The notes beneath the pieces are model-generated. The model saw only the letters and a program-made list of their open reading frames with translations. It made no database searches and was not told the origin of the DNA. DNA of 64,000 nucleotides from Eledone cirrhosa (Eukaryota), in NCBI GenBank assembly GCA_964016885.1, contig CAXHJY010001257.1:1-64000 (forward strand), given 5' to 3'. Shown here piece by piece: positions 39,941 through 54,404 of the stretch. Made by a program: the position numbers and the translations under genes. The stretch's first letter is position 1, and each line of letters starts with the position of its first letter.

Positions 39941-39995
39941 ACTGCCTGAAGAGGTCACAGCCAAAGATGGCTGTCACCGAAATATATATAGCAGT
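39941..39995 (+). ncRNA. Type I hammerhead ribozyme (right arm of fold-back element)
   Basis: ACUGC-CUGAAGA-[GGUcACAGCCA aaga UGGCUGUcACC]-GAA-AUAUAUAU-A-GCAGU. Perfect stem I and 10 of 11 bp in stem II. Confidence 0.85.
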
Positions 39996-40141
39996 AATAA
40001 ACGAAGCTAAATTTTAATCATTTGACTTTTATTTAACTTTATTTTACACTACTCCGGAGTAACCAAACCAACCTGCGCACTTCGTCGAGTGCTCCAGCCT
40101 GCATACTGAGGTGTTGGTATACAACCAACATAAACTCAAAA

Positions 40142-40185
<44 letters not shown>

Positions 40186-40741
40186 TAAATATATATATAT
40201 ATATATACACACGTTATTTTCATGAGCATTCATGAGCAGGCTGTTCTGTTGTTCGAACAACTGGAAGACTCAATGTCAAAAGCGACTGGGATCCATTCAA
40301 ATTATTTCATCTTTTTACTTTATATAAAAATATGACTGAATTTTAAATACGTCTTAAACTCCTCACTTAAGTCTAAAGTATGACTCAAGTTGGGGGTTCA
40401 CCAAGCCAGTAGTTATCCTAGTTTCCTTGGTCTTAAGTGACTGAGATTACAATACTTCCCCAAAACAGGACACCAGAGCATCGCAGCGCTAAACACCCAG
40501 CTACGACTGGTACTCATTTTCAGTAGAATATACTGGAACAATATGAAATAAAGTGTTTTGCTGAAGAACACAACACACAACCCAGCCAGGAACCTTTTAA
40601 ATGCAGGTTTATTGCATGTGAACTTTGAAATTTAATAGTTTCTAGCAGAATGGCTCGGCGTTGCTCAGGATTCTCAACATAGATTGGCATGTTTACCCCT
40701 CCTTTCTGAAACAGCACAGAGAAGTATGGAATACCTCGTAT

Positions 40742-43700
40742 TCCTTACCACTAGACCTCGCACCAGCCAGTCCAACACCGTAACCACTAGATCACACACC
40801 ATCCAGTCCAACATCCTAACCACTGGACCACACACCAACCAGTCTAACACCCTAACCACTAGACCACACACCAACCAGTCTAACACCCTAACCACTAGAC
40901 CACACACCAACCAGTCCAACACCCTTACCACTAGACAACATACCAACCAGTCTAACACCCTAACCACTAGACTACACACCAACCAGTCTAACACCGTAAC
41001 CACTAGATCACACACCATCCAGTCCAACATCCTAACCACTAGACCACACACCAACCAGTCTAACACCCTAACCACTAGACCACACACCAACCAGTCTAAC
41101 ACCGTAACCACTAGATCACACACCATCCAGTCCAACATCCTAACCACTAGACCACACACCAACCAGTCTAACACCCTTACCACTAGACCACACACCATCC
41201 AGTCCAACATCCTAACCACTAGACCACACACACCAACCAGTCTAACACCCTAACCACTAGACCACACACCAACCAGTCTAACACCCTAACCATTAGACCA
41301 CACACCAACCAGTCTAACACCCTAACCACAAGACCACACACCATCCAGTCCAACACCCTAACCACTAGACCACACACCAACCAGTCCAACACCCTTACCA
41401 CTAGACAACATACCAACCAGTCTAACACCCTAACCACTAGACCACACACCAACCAGTCTAACACCCTAACCACTAGACCACACACCAACCAGTCTAACAC
41501 CCTAACCACTAGACCACACACCAACCAGTCTAACACCCTAACCATTAGACCACACACCAACCAGTCTAACGCCCTAACCACAAGACCACACACCATCCAG
41601 TCCAACACCCTAACCACTAGACCACACACCAACCAGTCCAACACCCTTACCACTAGACAACATACCAACCAGTCTAACACCCTAACCACTAGACCACACA
41701 CCAACCAGTCTAACACCCTAACCACTAGACCACACGCCAACCAGTCCAACACCCTTACCACTAGACAACATACCAACCAGTCCAACACCCTAACCACTAG
41801 ACAACATACCAACCAGTCTAACACCCTAACCACTAGACCACACACCAACCAGTCTAACACCCTAACCACTAGACCACACGCCAACCAGTCCAACACCCTT
41901 ACCACTAGACAACATACCAACCAGTCTAACACCCTAACCACTAGACCACACACCAACCAGTCTAACACCCTAACCACTAGACCACACACCAACCAGTCTA
42001 ACACCCTAACCACTAGACCACACACCAACCAGTCCAACACCCTAACCACTAGACCACACGCCAACCAGTCTAACACCCTAACCACTAGACCACACGCCAA
42101 CCAGTCTAACACCCTAACCACTAGACCACACACCAACCAGTCTAACACCCTAACCACTAGACCACACACCAACCAGTCTAACACCCTAACCACTAGACCA
42201 CACACCAACCAGTCCAACACCCTAACCACTAGACCACACGCCAACCAGTCTAACACCCTAACCACTAGACCACACGCCAACCAGTCCAACACCCTAACCA
42301 CTAGACCACACGCCAACCAGTCCAACACCCTTACCACTAGACCACACGCCAACCAGTCCAACACTCTAACCACTAGACCACACACCAACCAATCCAACAC
42401 CCTAACCACTAGACCACACACCAACCAGTCCAACACCCTTACCACTAGACCACACACCAACCAGTCTAATACCCTAACCACTAGACCACACACCATCCAG
42501 TACAACACCCTTACCACTAGACCACACACCAACCAATCCAACACCCTAACCACTAGACCACACGCCAACCAGTCTAACACCCTAACCACTAGACCACACA
42601 CCAACCAGTCCAACACCCTAACCACTAGACCACACACCATCCAGTCTAACAGCCTAACCACTAGACCACACACCAACCAGTCCAACACCCTAACCACTAG
42701 ACCACACACCATCCAGTCCAACACCCTAACCACTAGACCACACACCATCCAGTCCAACACCCTAACCACTAGACCACACACCATCCAGTCCAACACCCTA
42801 ACCACTAGACCACACACCAACCAGTCCAACACCCTTACCACTAGACCACACACCAACCAGTCTAACACCCTAACCACTAGACCACACACCATCCAGTCCA
42901 ACACCCTAACCACTAGACCACACACCATCCAGTCCAACACCCTAACCACTAGACCACACACCATCCAGTCTAACACCCTAACCACTAGACCACACACCAA
43001 CCAGTCCAACACCCTAACCACTAGACCACACACCATCCAGTCTAACACCCTAACCACTAGACCACACACCAACCAGTCCAACACCCTAACCACTAGACCA
43101 CACACCATCCAGTCAAACACCCTAACCACTAGACCACACACCAACCAGTCCAACACCCTAACCACTAGACCACACACCATCCAGTCAAACACCCTAACCA
43201 CTAGACCACACACCAACCAGTCCAACACCCTCACCACTAGACCACACACCATCCAGTCAAACACCCTAACCACTAGACCACACACCAACCAGTCCAACAC
43301 CCTAACCACTAGACCACACACCAACCAGTCCAACACCCTAACCACTAGACCACACACCATCCAGTCCAACACCCTAACCACTAGACCACACACCATCCAG
43401 TCTAACACCCTTACCACTAGACCACACACCAACCAGTCTAACACCCTTACCACTAGACCACACACCATCCAGTCCAACACCCTAACCACTAGACCACACA
43501 CCAACCAGTCTAACACCCTTACCACTAGACCACACACCAACCAGTCTAACACCCTAACCACTAGACCACACACCAACCAGTCCAACACCCTAACCACTAG
43601 ACCACACACCAACCAGTCTAACACCCTTACCACTAGACCACACACCATCCAGTCTAACACCCTAACCACTAGACCACACACCAACCAGTCTAACACCCTA

Positions 43701-43785
43701 ACCACTAGACCACACACCAACCAGTCTAACACCCTAACCACTAGACCACACACCAACCAGTCTAACACCCTAACCATTAGACCAC
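40742..43785. repeat. 36-bp minisatellite (about 84 copies)
   Basis: taaccactagaccacacaccaaccagtctaacaccc. Confidence 0.94.
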
Positions 43786-43804
43786 GGCATCATTAATTGA
43801 ATTA

Positions 43805-43870
43805 TTTCAGCCAATAGCTGGCCAGCTTCTTATTAACTGCCGAATGCGTTTAGTTTCCGCCATCGTCGTC
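43805..43870 (+). promoter_or_regulatory. Candidate promoter (CCAAT box plus ETS/YY1-like TTTCCGCCAT) in a CpG-rich unique island
   Basis: CAGCCAATAGC at about 43808, TTTCCGCCATC at about 43854 and locally many CpGs. Based on motifs only. Confidence 0.35.
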
Positions 43871-44129
43871 GTGTTGTTGTTGTTGTTTTCGTGGTAGCTG
43901 CCGTGGTGGACGTGGCCGCTGCAGTCTATGTCTTCTTCTTGCTCTCTTTCCTCTTCATCATTACCAGAGACGGAAAAGAAAGAGAGAGAGAGAGAGGGAT
44001 TAATGTTGACAGAATAACAGCAACAACAATCGTAATTGGAGAGGAAGATAAACAGAGAGTAGAGGCTACAGCATCACATACACCCACATACAGGCTGTAA
44101 CACACACACACACACACTTTTGTACTGCA

Positions 44130-44870
44130 TACACACACATAAAGGTTCGAACGTACACACACCTTTGTACTGCATACATACATACACACATACAGGCTCT
44201 AACGTACACACACCTTTGTAGTGCATACATACACACACACATACAGGCTCTAACGTACACACACCTCTGTAGTGCATACAGGCTCTAACGTACACACACC
44301 TCTGTAGTGCATACATACACACACACATACAGGCTCTAACGTACACACACCTCTGTAGTCCATACATACACACATACAGGCTCTAACGTACACACACCTC
44401 TGTAGTGCATACATACACACATACATACAGGCTCTAACGTACACACACCTCTGTAGTGCATACATACACACATACATACAGGCTCTAACGTACACACACC
44501 TCTGTAGTGCATACATACACATACACATACAGGCTCTAACGTACACACATCTCTGTAGTGCATACATACACACATACATACAGGCTCTAACGTACACACA
44601 TCTCTGTAGTGCATACATACACACATACATACAGGCTCTAACGTACACACACCTCTGTAGTGCATACATACACACATACATACAGGCTCTAACGTACACA
44701 CACCTCTGTAGTGCATACATACACACACACATACAGGCTCTAACGTACACACATCTCTGTAGTGCATACATACACACATACATACAGGCTCTAACGTACA
44801 CACACCTCTGTAGTGCATACATACACATACACATACAGGCTCTAACGTACACACACCTCTGTAGTCCACA
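44130..44870. repeat. 51-bp minisatellite
   Basis: acaggctctaacgtacacacacctctgtagtgcatacatacacacatacat. Confidence 0.9.
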
Positions 44871-45179
44871 CACACACAAGCGACAGTAATACACACACAC
44901 ATATAGGTTGTAACACATACATACACACGTTTGTAGTGCATACATACACACACAAATACATACAGGCTGTAACACACACCCACACCCAGGCTGTAACATA
45001 CACACACACCTTTGTAGTGCACACATACATACATACACACACATGTCATAGCATTTGACAGATACACAAAGACCACCGCACCACATACACATAGATCCAC
45101 ACACACACACGTTCATTATAAACACCGCCAGGCCACACCACACACCTCTACACAAATAGGCCTTAACAACATATACCAC

Positions 45180-47433
45180 ACCACGCCGCCACCATCAACC
45201 CCAACCCCCCATAAAGCCGGCACCACCACCATCAACAAACCCACCACCTCCATCACCATCAACAAAGCCGTCACCACCATCTACACCACATCACCTCAAA
45301 GCCGTCACCACCACCACCAGCATCGCTACACCACCACCACCACCAGCAACAAACCTCCTCCCCCCACCATAAAGCCGGCACCACCACCACCTCTATCAAC
45401 AAAGCCACCACCACCATCACCATCAACAAAGCCGGCACCACCGCCACCATCAACCCCCCCCCCCATAAAGCCGCCACCACCACCACCTCCATCAACAAAC
45501 CCACCACCACCACCTCCATCACCATCAACAAAGCCGCCACCACCACCGTCACCATCAACCCCCCCCCATAAAGCCGGCACCACCACCACCGCCATCAACA
45601 AAGCCGTCACCACCACCAGCATCGCTACATCACTACCACCACCACCACCACCAACAAACCTCCTCTCCCCCGCCACCACCACCAACAAACCTCCTCTCCC
45701 CCGCCACAAAGCCGCCACCACCAGCATCGCTACACCACTACCACCACCACCACCACCACCAAACCCCCGCCACAAAGCCGCCGCCACCACCACCACCACC
45801 ACCTCCATCAACAAAGCCGTCACCACCAACATCGCTGCATCATCACCACTACCCCCCTCCCCCTACAAAGCCGCCACCACCATCACCACATCACGACAAA
45901 GCCAACAACACCACCACACCACCACCACCACCAACAACCCCTCCCCCCGCCACAAAGCCGTCATCACCACCACCAGCATCGCTACACCACTACCACCACC
46001 ACCAACAACAAACCCCCTCCCCCCGCCACAAAGCCGCCACCACCACCACATCACGATAAAGCCCCCCCCCACAAAGCCGACACCGGCAACACCACCACCA
46101 CCACCACCACCACAACAGCACAATATTAACACCATCACCAACACCATATCACCACTACACCACCAACAGACCACCACCAGCACCACCATCAACACCACCA
46201 CCACACCACCACCACCACACCACCACAACCACACCATCAACACCACCACCAACACACCACTACCATCACTACACCACTACCGCCACCAACACACCGCCAA
46301 CACCACCACCACACCACCACATCACCAACACCATACCACCACCACCGCCATCAACACCACCACCACCACACCACCACAACCACACCATCAACACCACCAC
46401 CAACACACCACTACCATCACTACACCACTACCGCCACCAACACACCACCAACACCACCACCACACCACCACATCACCAACACCATACCACCACCACCGCC
46501 ATCAACACCACCACCAACACACCACCACCACCACACCACCACCACACCACCAACACACCACCAACACCACCACCACCACACCACCACCACCACACCACCA
46601 ACACCACCACACCACCACCACCACACCACCACCACCACCACCAACACACCACCACCACCAACACACCAACACCACCACCACCACACCACCAACACCACCA
46701 CCACACCACCACCAACACCACCACCAACACACCACCAACACACCACCACACAACCACCACCACCAACACACCACCACACCACCAACACCACCACCACCAC
46801 ACCACCACCACCAACAGACCACCACCACACCACCACACCACCACCACCACCACACCACCACCACCACACCACCAACACACCACCACACCACCACCACCAC
46901 CCCACCACCAACACCACCACACCACCAACACCACCACCAACACACCACCAACACACCACCAACACACCACCACCAACACACCACCACCAACACCACCACC
47001 TTCTACAGACAACTTAAACCTTTACTCACATCATACAAGCTATCACGTACACAGACCACTCCACACACACACGGCGTATAAGTCGCACACATACACACCC
47101 ACAACATTTAAGATCAAGCATTTGGCACACTGTATATAAGTCTCACACACACACACACACACTGTATATAAGCCACACACACACCGCTTATAAGCCACAC
47201 ACATTCATAAACCACATACACACACCACACACCCCACATAATCCACACATACACACACACCCCAGAGATAATCCACACACACTCACACTTAATCCACACA
47301 CACACACACACTCCACACCACACACACTCCACACCACACACACTGACACAACATCACACGACAATAAGCCACATATACACACACACCACATATAATTCAC
47401 ACATACACACACCCTCACACCACACCACATAAT

Positions 47434-47469
<36 letters not shown>

Positions 47470-48655
47470 TCACACACACTGACACAACATCACACGACAA
47501 TAAGCCACATACATACACACCACATTTAATCCACACACACACCCTCACACCACATCACACCACACCAGACACCACCACACCACACCACACTCACTCATAC
47601 ACACCACACACCACACCACACTCACTCATACACACCACACACATACACACCACACTCACTCACACACACACCACACCACACCACCTCACACCACACTCAC
47701 ACATACACACACCACACCACACTCACACATACACACATACACACCACATCACACCACATCACACCACACCACACCACACCACACTCACCACACCACATCA
47801 CACGACACATAAGCCATCACATAAGACAGGTCACTTCCACACCAAACACTACACCACCACCAACAACACAAACCAAAGCTACACCACCACAGACCAAAGC
47901 TACACCCTCACCACCACTACCACCACCACCACACCACAGACCAAAGCTACACCCTCACCACTACCACACCACAGACCAAATCTACACCCTCACCACTACC
48001 ACCACTACCACACCACAGACCAAATCTACACCCTCACCACTACCACCACCACCACACCACAGACCAAAGCTACACCCTCACCACTACCACCACCAACACC
48101 ACCACAGACCAAATCTACACCCTCACCACTACCACCTCCAACACCACCACAGACCAAAGCTACACCCTCACCACTACCACCACCACCACCACACACAGAC
48201 CAAATCTACACCACCAACACCACCACAGACCAAAGCTACACCCTCACCACTACCACCACCACCACCACACACAGACCAAATCTACACCACCAACACCACC
48301 ACAGACCAAAGCTACACCCTCACCACTACCACCACCACCACCACACACAGACCAAATCTACACCACCAACACCACCACAGACCAAAGCTACACCCTCACC
48401 ACTACCACCACCACCACCACACACAGACCAAATCTACACCACCAACACCACCACAGACCAAAGCTACACCCTCACCACTACCACCACCACCAACACACCA
48501 CAGACCAAATCTACACCACCAACACCACCACCACAGACCAAAGCTACACCATCAACAACACAACACACCACCACACCACAAACCAAAGCTACACCACCAC
48601 CAACAACACACCACCACCACACCGCAAACCAAAGCTACACCACCACCAACACACC

Positions 48656-48686
<31 letters not shown>

Positions 48687-49330
48687 CACCACCACCACCA
48701 CAGACCAAAGCTACACCACCAACAACACACCACCACAGACCAAAGCTACACCACCACAAACCAAAGCTACAGCACCACCACCACACACCAAAGCTACACC
48801 ACCACCAACAACACACCACCACCACCACCACCACCACCAACAACACACCACCACAAACCAAAGCTACAGCACCACCACCACACACCAAAGCTACACCACC
48901 AACAACAACACACCACCACCACACCACCACAAACCAAAGCTACACCACCACACACCACCAACAACAACACACCACCACCACCACCAACAACACACCATCA
49001 CAAACCAAAGCTACACCACCACCACCAACAACACACCACCACAGACCAAAGCTACACCACCACACCACACCACACCACCAACAACACACCACCACAAATC
49101 AAAGCTACACCACCACACCACACCACACCACCAACAACACACCACCACAGACCAAAGCTACACCACCACACCACACCACCAACAACACACCACCACAAAT
49201 CAAAGCTACACCACCACACCACACCACACCACCGACAACACACCACCAACAACCCCCCACACACCACCAACAACACCACCCTCGCCCCCACACCACCAGC
49301 ACCCCCACACCCCATAACAACAACAACAAC
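45180..49330. repeat. Compound (CCA/CAA)n and (CA)n low-complexity region with 'caaagccg' and 'accaaagctacacc' sub-repeats
   Basis: Strong C/A strand bias. ORFs here are V/W/C/G artefacts. Confidence 0.9.
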
Positions 49331-49377
49331 ATCAGCAGTAGTAACAACAACACTTTAACATCCCCATCAACAAGAAG

Positions 49378-49528
49378 ATGTGCGAGAAATCTGAGGAGCA
49401 GATATTGCGGTATTCCATGCTGGAGGATGACCCGAATTCTAACAGTTTATTTGCCGAAAAGGAGCGAAAACCACGTTGGGGACCTCAACACGCCGGGGCC
49501 AAAGAGCTGGCTAGTTTATACACAACTG
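49378..49528 (+). CDS. PEDS1: Plasmanylethanolamine desaturase 1 (TMEM189/Kua), first coding exon; later exons not found in the window
   Basis: MCEKSEEQILRYSMLEDDPNSNSLFAEKERKPRWGPQHAGAKELASLYTT+G resembles the TMEM189 N-terminus (human RWGAQHAGARELAALYSPG). A phase-1 GTAATG donor follows at 49529. Confidence 0.88.
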
Positions 49529-49712
49529 GTAATGTATATATACACTTCTTTACACACTTTACACACTTTATACACACCTTCTATGGTTCTATATATGTTT
49601 ATATATGTCTATATATGTCTATATATGTTTTTATTTGCAGATATTGATATCAAATATATTAGAATGTGTGTATATATCGTATATATATATATATATCGTA
49701 TATACACTCGTA

Positions 49713-49745
<33 letters not shown>

Positions 49746-49768
49746 CATATATATACACACACTCGTAA

Positions 49769-49824
<56 letters not shown>

Positions 49825-49884
49825 CGTAATGTGTGTGTGTGTGTATATATATATATACATATACACTCGTAATGTGTGTGTATG

Positions 49885-49916
<32 letters not shown>

Positions 49917-50101
49917 TATATACACACTCGTAATGTGTGTATATATACACACACTCGTAATGTGTGTGTATATATCTATATAGATATATACACTCGTAAT
50001 GTGTGTGTATATAAATCTCTTTCTCTCTCTCTCTATATATATACACACTCGTAATTTGTTTGTGTATATATCTACATATATGTGTATACACACACTCGTA
50101 A

Positions 50102-50158
<57 letters not shown>

Positions 50159-50207
50159 ACACACACTCGTAATGTGTATATATATATATATATATATACA
50201 TAGATAT

Positions 50208-50304
50208 ATCGGGTGTCCCCCCCCCCCCAAAAAAAAAAAATTCTGTACACACTTCAACACCATTCTAATGAAGGTGTGTATACATTTTCTGGGACACCCT
50301 GTAT
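50208..50304. mobile_element. Tc1/mariner-like MITE
   Basis: Terminal inverted repeats (A/T)CGGGTGTCCC...GTACACAC and GTGTGTATACATTTTCTGGGACACCCTG within TA dinucleotides. Confidence 0.6.
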
Positions 50305-50414
50305 ATATATATATATATATATATACACACCTTTTATACACATTATACGCACCTTGTTTACTTATGTTGATATGTATATTATATATTATATATTAGTGTG
50401 TGTGTGTGTATATA

Positions 50415-50464
<50 letters not shown>

Positions 50465-50776
50465 GTGTGTGTGTGTGTGTGTTTACCGGGGACCAAGAAC
50501 ATGGTAGTGTATATATAAACATTATATACACATTATACGCACCTTGTATATATTCTATTTGTTTATATTGATATGTATATATCATAGTAGTATATATATG
50601 TATGTATATTAAGTATTTCCAAAGAAAAGCAGGTTAACCCATCCCTGGGTGGGATTTCTCTTCAATGGCAGCCGATGACACATTATATATATATATATAT
50701 ATACTATGTGTGTGTGTGTGTATATATATACTATGTGTGTGTATATATATATATACTATGTGTGTGTGTATAGATA

Positions 50777-50821
<45 letters not shown>

Positions 50822-51654
50822 TATGTGTGTGTATATATATATACTATGTGTGTGTATATATATATATACTGTGTGTATATATATATATATACTATGTGTG
50901 TGTATATATATATATACTATGTGTGTGTATATATATATATACTATGTGTGTGTATATATATATATACTATGTGTGTGTATATATATATATATATACTATG
51001 TGTGTGTATATATATATACTATGTGTGTATATATATATATACTATGTGTGTATATATATATATACTATGTGTGTATATATATATATACTATGTGTGTATA
51101 TATATATATACTATGTGTGTATATATATATATACTATGTGTGTATATATATATATACTATGTGTGTATATATATATATATACTATGTGTGTGTGTGTATA
51201 TATATATATATACTATGTGTGTGTGTGTATATATATATATACTGTGTGTGTGTATAGATGTGTGTATATATATATACTATGTGTGTGTGTATATATATAT
51301 ATATACTATGTGTGTATATATATATATATACTATGTGTGTGTGTATAGATGTGTGTGCGTATCTGTATGTATATATATATACTATGTGTGTGTGTATAGA
51401 TGTGTGTGCGTATCTGTATGTATATATATATACTATGTGTGTGTGTATAGATGTGTGTGCGTATATGTATGTATATATATAGATGGGTGTATATATGTGT
51501 GTGTGTGTATATATATATATGTGTGTGCGTGTGTGTATATATATATATATATGTGTGTGCGTGTGTGTATATATATATATATATGTGCATATGTATGTGT
51601 GTGTGTATATGCATATATATATTTATAGTGTGTGTTTGTATGTGTATTTATATA

Positions 51655-52092
51655 GATGGGTGTGTGTATATATATATATATGTATGTATATAGATGGGTC
51701 TATATATATATATGTATATAGATGGGTCTATATATATATATATGTATATAGATGGGTCTATATATATATATATGTATAGAGATGGGTCTATATATATGTA
51801 TAGAGATGGGTCTATATATATGTATAGAGATGGGTCTATATATATGTATAGAGATGGGTCTATATATATGTATAGAGATGGGTCTATATATATATATGTA
51901 TAGAGATGGGTCTATATATATATATATATATGTATAGAGATGGGTCTATATATATATATATATATGTATAGAGATGGGTCTATATATATATATATATATG
52001 TATAGAGATGGGTCTATATATATATATATATATGTATAGAGATGGGTCTATATATATATATATATATATATGTATATAGATGGGTCTATATA

Positions 52093-52134
<42 letters not shown>

Positions 52135-52154
52135 GATGGGTCTATATATATATG

Positions 52155-52185
<31 letters not shown>

Positions 52186-52210
52186 ATAGATGGGTCTATA
52201 TATATATATG

Positions 52211-52249
<39 letters not shown>

Positions 52250-52274
52250 ATAGATGGGTCTATATATATATATG

Positions 52275-52313
<39 letters not shown>

Positions 52314-52330
52314 ATAGATGGGTCTATATA

Positions 52331-52369
<39 letters not shown>

Positions 52370-52537
52370 ATAGATGGGTCTATATATATATGTATATATA
52401 TATATATATATATGTATGTATATAGATGGGTCTATATATATATGTATATATATATATATATATATGTATGTATATAGATGGGTCTATATATATATGTATA
52501 TATATATATATATAAATATATGTATGTATATAGATGG

Positions 52538-52577
<40 letters not shown>

Positions 52578-52588
52578 ATAGATGGGTC

Positions 52589-52623
<35 letters not shown>

Positions 52624-52646
52624 ATAGATGGGTCTATATATATATG

Positions 52647-52677
<31 letters not shown>

Positions 52678-52700
52678 ATAGATGGGTCTATATATATATG

Positions 52701-52731
<31 letters not shown>

Positions 52732-52748
52732 ATAGATGGGTCTATATA

Positions 52749-52787
<39 letters not shown>

Positions 52788-52795
52788 ATAGATGG

Positions 52796-52841
<46 letters not shown>

Positions 52842-52849
52842 ATAGATGG

Positions 52850-52888
<39 letters not shown>

Positions 52889-52951
52889 TGTATATAGATG
52901 GGTCTATATATATATGTATATATATATATATATATGTATGTATATAGATGG

Positions 52952-52993
<42 letters not shown>

Positions 52994-53001
52994 ATAGATG
53001 G

Positions 53002-53047
<46 letters not shown>

Positions 53048-53055
53048 ATAGATGG

Positions 53056-53101
<46 letters not shown>

Positions 53102-53112
53102 ATAGATGGGTC

Positions 53113-53153
<41 letters not shown>

Positions 53154-53265
53154 ATAGATGGGTCTATATATATATGTATATATATATATATATATATATA
53201 ATGTATGTATATAGATGGGTCTATATATATATGTATATATATATGTATATAGATGGGTCTATATA
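51655..53265. repeat. TAGATGGGTCTA motif interspersed with variable (TA)n
   Basis: Dozens of motif copies separated only by TA/TATG runs. Confidence 0.9.
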
Positions 53266-53645
53266 TGTATATATATATATATATATGTTATAATCTGTTG
53301 TTTTAAGTCTTATTTCAAACGTCGCCACCGGAACCAAACCTAACTGGACTTTCATAACACACACACATATATATATATAGTGTGTGTGTATATATATTGT
53401 GTATGTATATATATATATATATTGTGTGTATGTATATATATATATTGTGTATATATATATGTGTGTGTATATATGTATGTGTATGTGTGTATATATGTAT
53501 GTGTGTATGTATATATGTGTGTGTGTATATATGTATGTGTGTATATATATGTCTGTGTATATATGTATATATATGTGTGTGTGTATATATATATGTATAT
53601 ATATGTGTGTGTATATATGTATATATATGTGTGTGTGTGTATATA

Positions 53646-53687
<42 letters not shown>

Positions 53688-53732
53688 GTGTGTGTATATA
53701 TATATATATATATTGTATGTGTGTATATATAT

Positions 53733-53784
<52 letters not shown>

Positions 53785-53823
53785 CCCAGCACTGTATATA
53801 TATATATTGTGTGTGTGTGTGTA

Positions 53824-53864
<41 letters not shown>

Positions 53865-54061
53865 GGGCCCAGCACTATGTGTCAATAATTGTCACAAGTG
53901 TAGTGTTTGTACCAGAGTTTTCAAGTCGCTGGCTGGACTAAAAAGTCACTCGTTCAGCGCATCGGTAGGGGTTCTCCTACATGGATATAAAGTAGTGGCC
54001 GTACTCGAAAACGAGTTGGCAGCCACCCTATATAGAGATATATTGTGTGTGTGTATATGTT

Positions 54062-54125
<64 letters not shown>

Positions 54126-54204
54126 ATGGAAATATTTGAACAAAACAGACAGTACAACGAATGTTTATTAATTTCACGCTCTGGAGAGTGGGGTGGTGGT
54201 GAGG

Positions 54205-54238
54205 AACGACGTTTCGGGCATAAGCCCTTCCTCAGGTG
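54205..54238 (-). ncRNA. Minimal hammerhead ribozyme (Penelope-type), weak stem I
   Basis: CUGAGGA-A[GGGC uuau GCCC]-GAA-ACGU-C. Confidence 0.6.
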
Positions 54239-54404
54239 AGAAGTGTGCGGGAACAGAGTTCAAAGGGTGTGTAGGGGAGTGGTGGAGAGACATATAGCGA
54301 AAGGAAACGGTGCGAATGAAATATATATATATATATATATGTGTGTGTATATATAGCGACTACCTTACTTTCAAACAAGTTATATATATATATATATATA
54401 TATA

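Larger units (their letters stand above)
39783..40142 (+). mobile_element. Fold-back element with two intact hammerheads
   Basis: Arms 39785-39901 and 39929-40046, tail motif at 40051-40090, (TA)n flanks. Confidence 0.78.

Noticed and set aside
41219-43777. 852-aa ORF, and the 661-, 595- and 506-aa ORFs at 8903, 13145 and 28216
   Set aside because: These are stop-free frames through 36-, 72-, 80- and 60-bp tandem repeats.
40742-43785. Telomere or interstitial telomeric array
   Set aside because: TTAGGG occurs once per 36-bp unit and never in tandem.
43926-44066. Minus-strand terminal exon encoding a hydrophobic stretch plus KKKT (KKxx-like)
   Set aside because: The hydrophobic part comes partly from a (CT)n run, the acceptor is weak and no partner exons were found.
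51655-53265. CRISPR-like repeat-spacer appearance
   Set aside because: The spacers are only (TA)n, the context is eukaryotic and there are no cas genes.
53862-54030. Host C2H2 zinc-finger gene exon
   Set aside because: It is a single finger in a dispersed repeat (also at 6138), consistent with a LINE ORF C-terminus.
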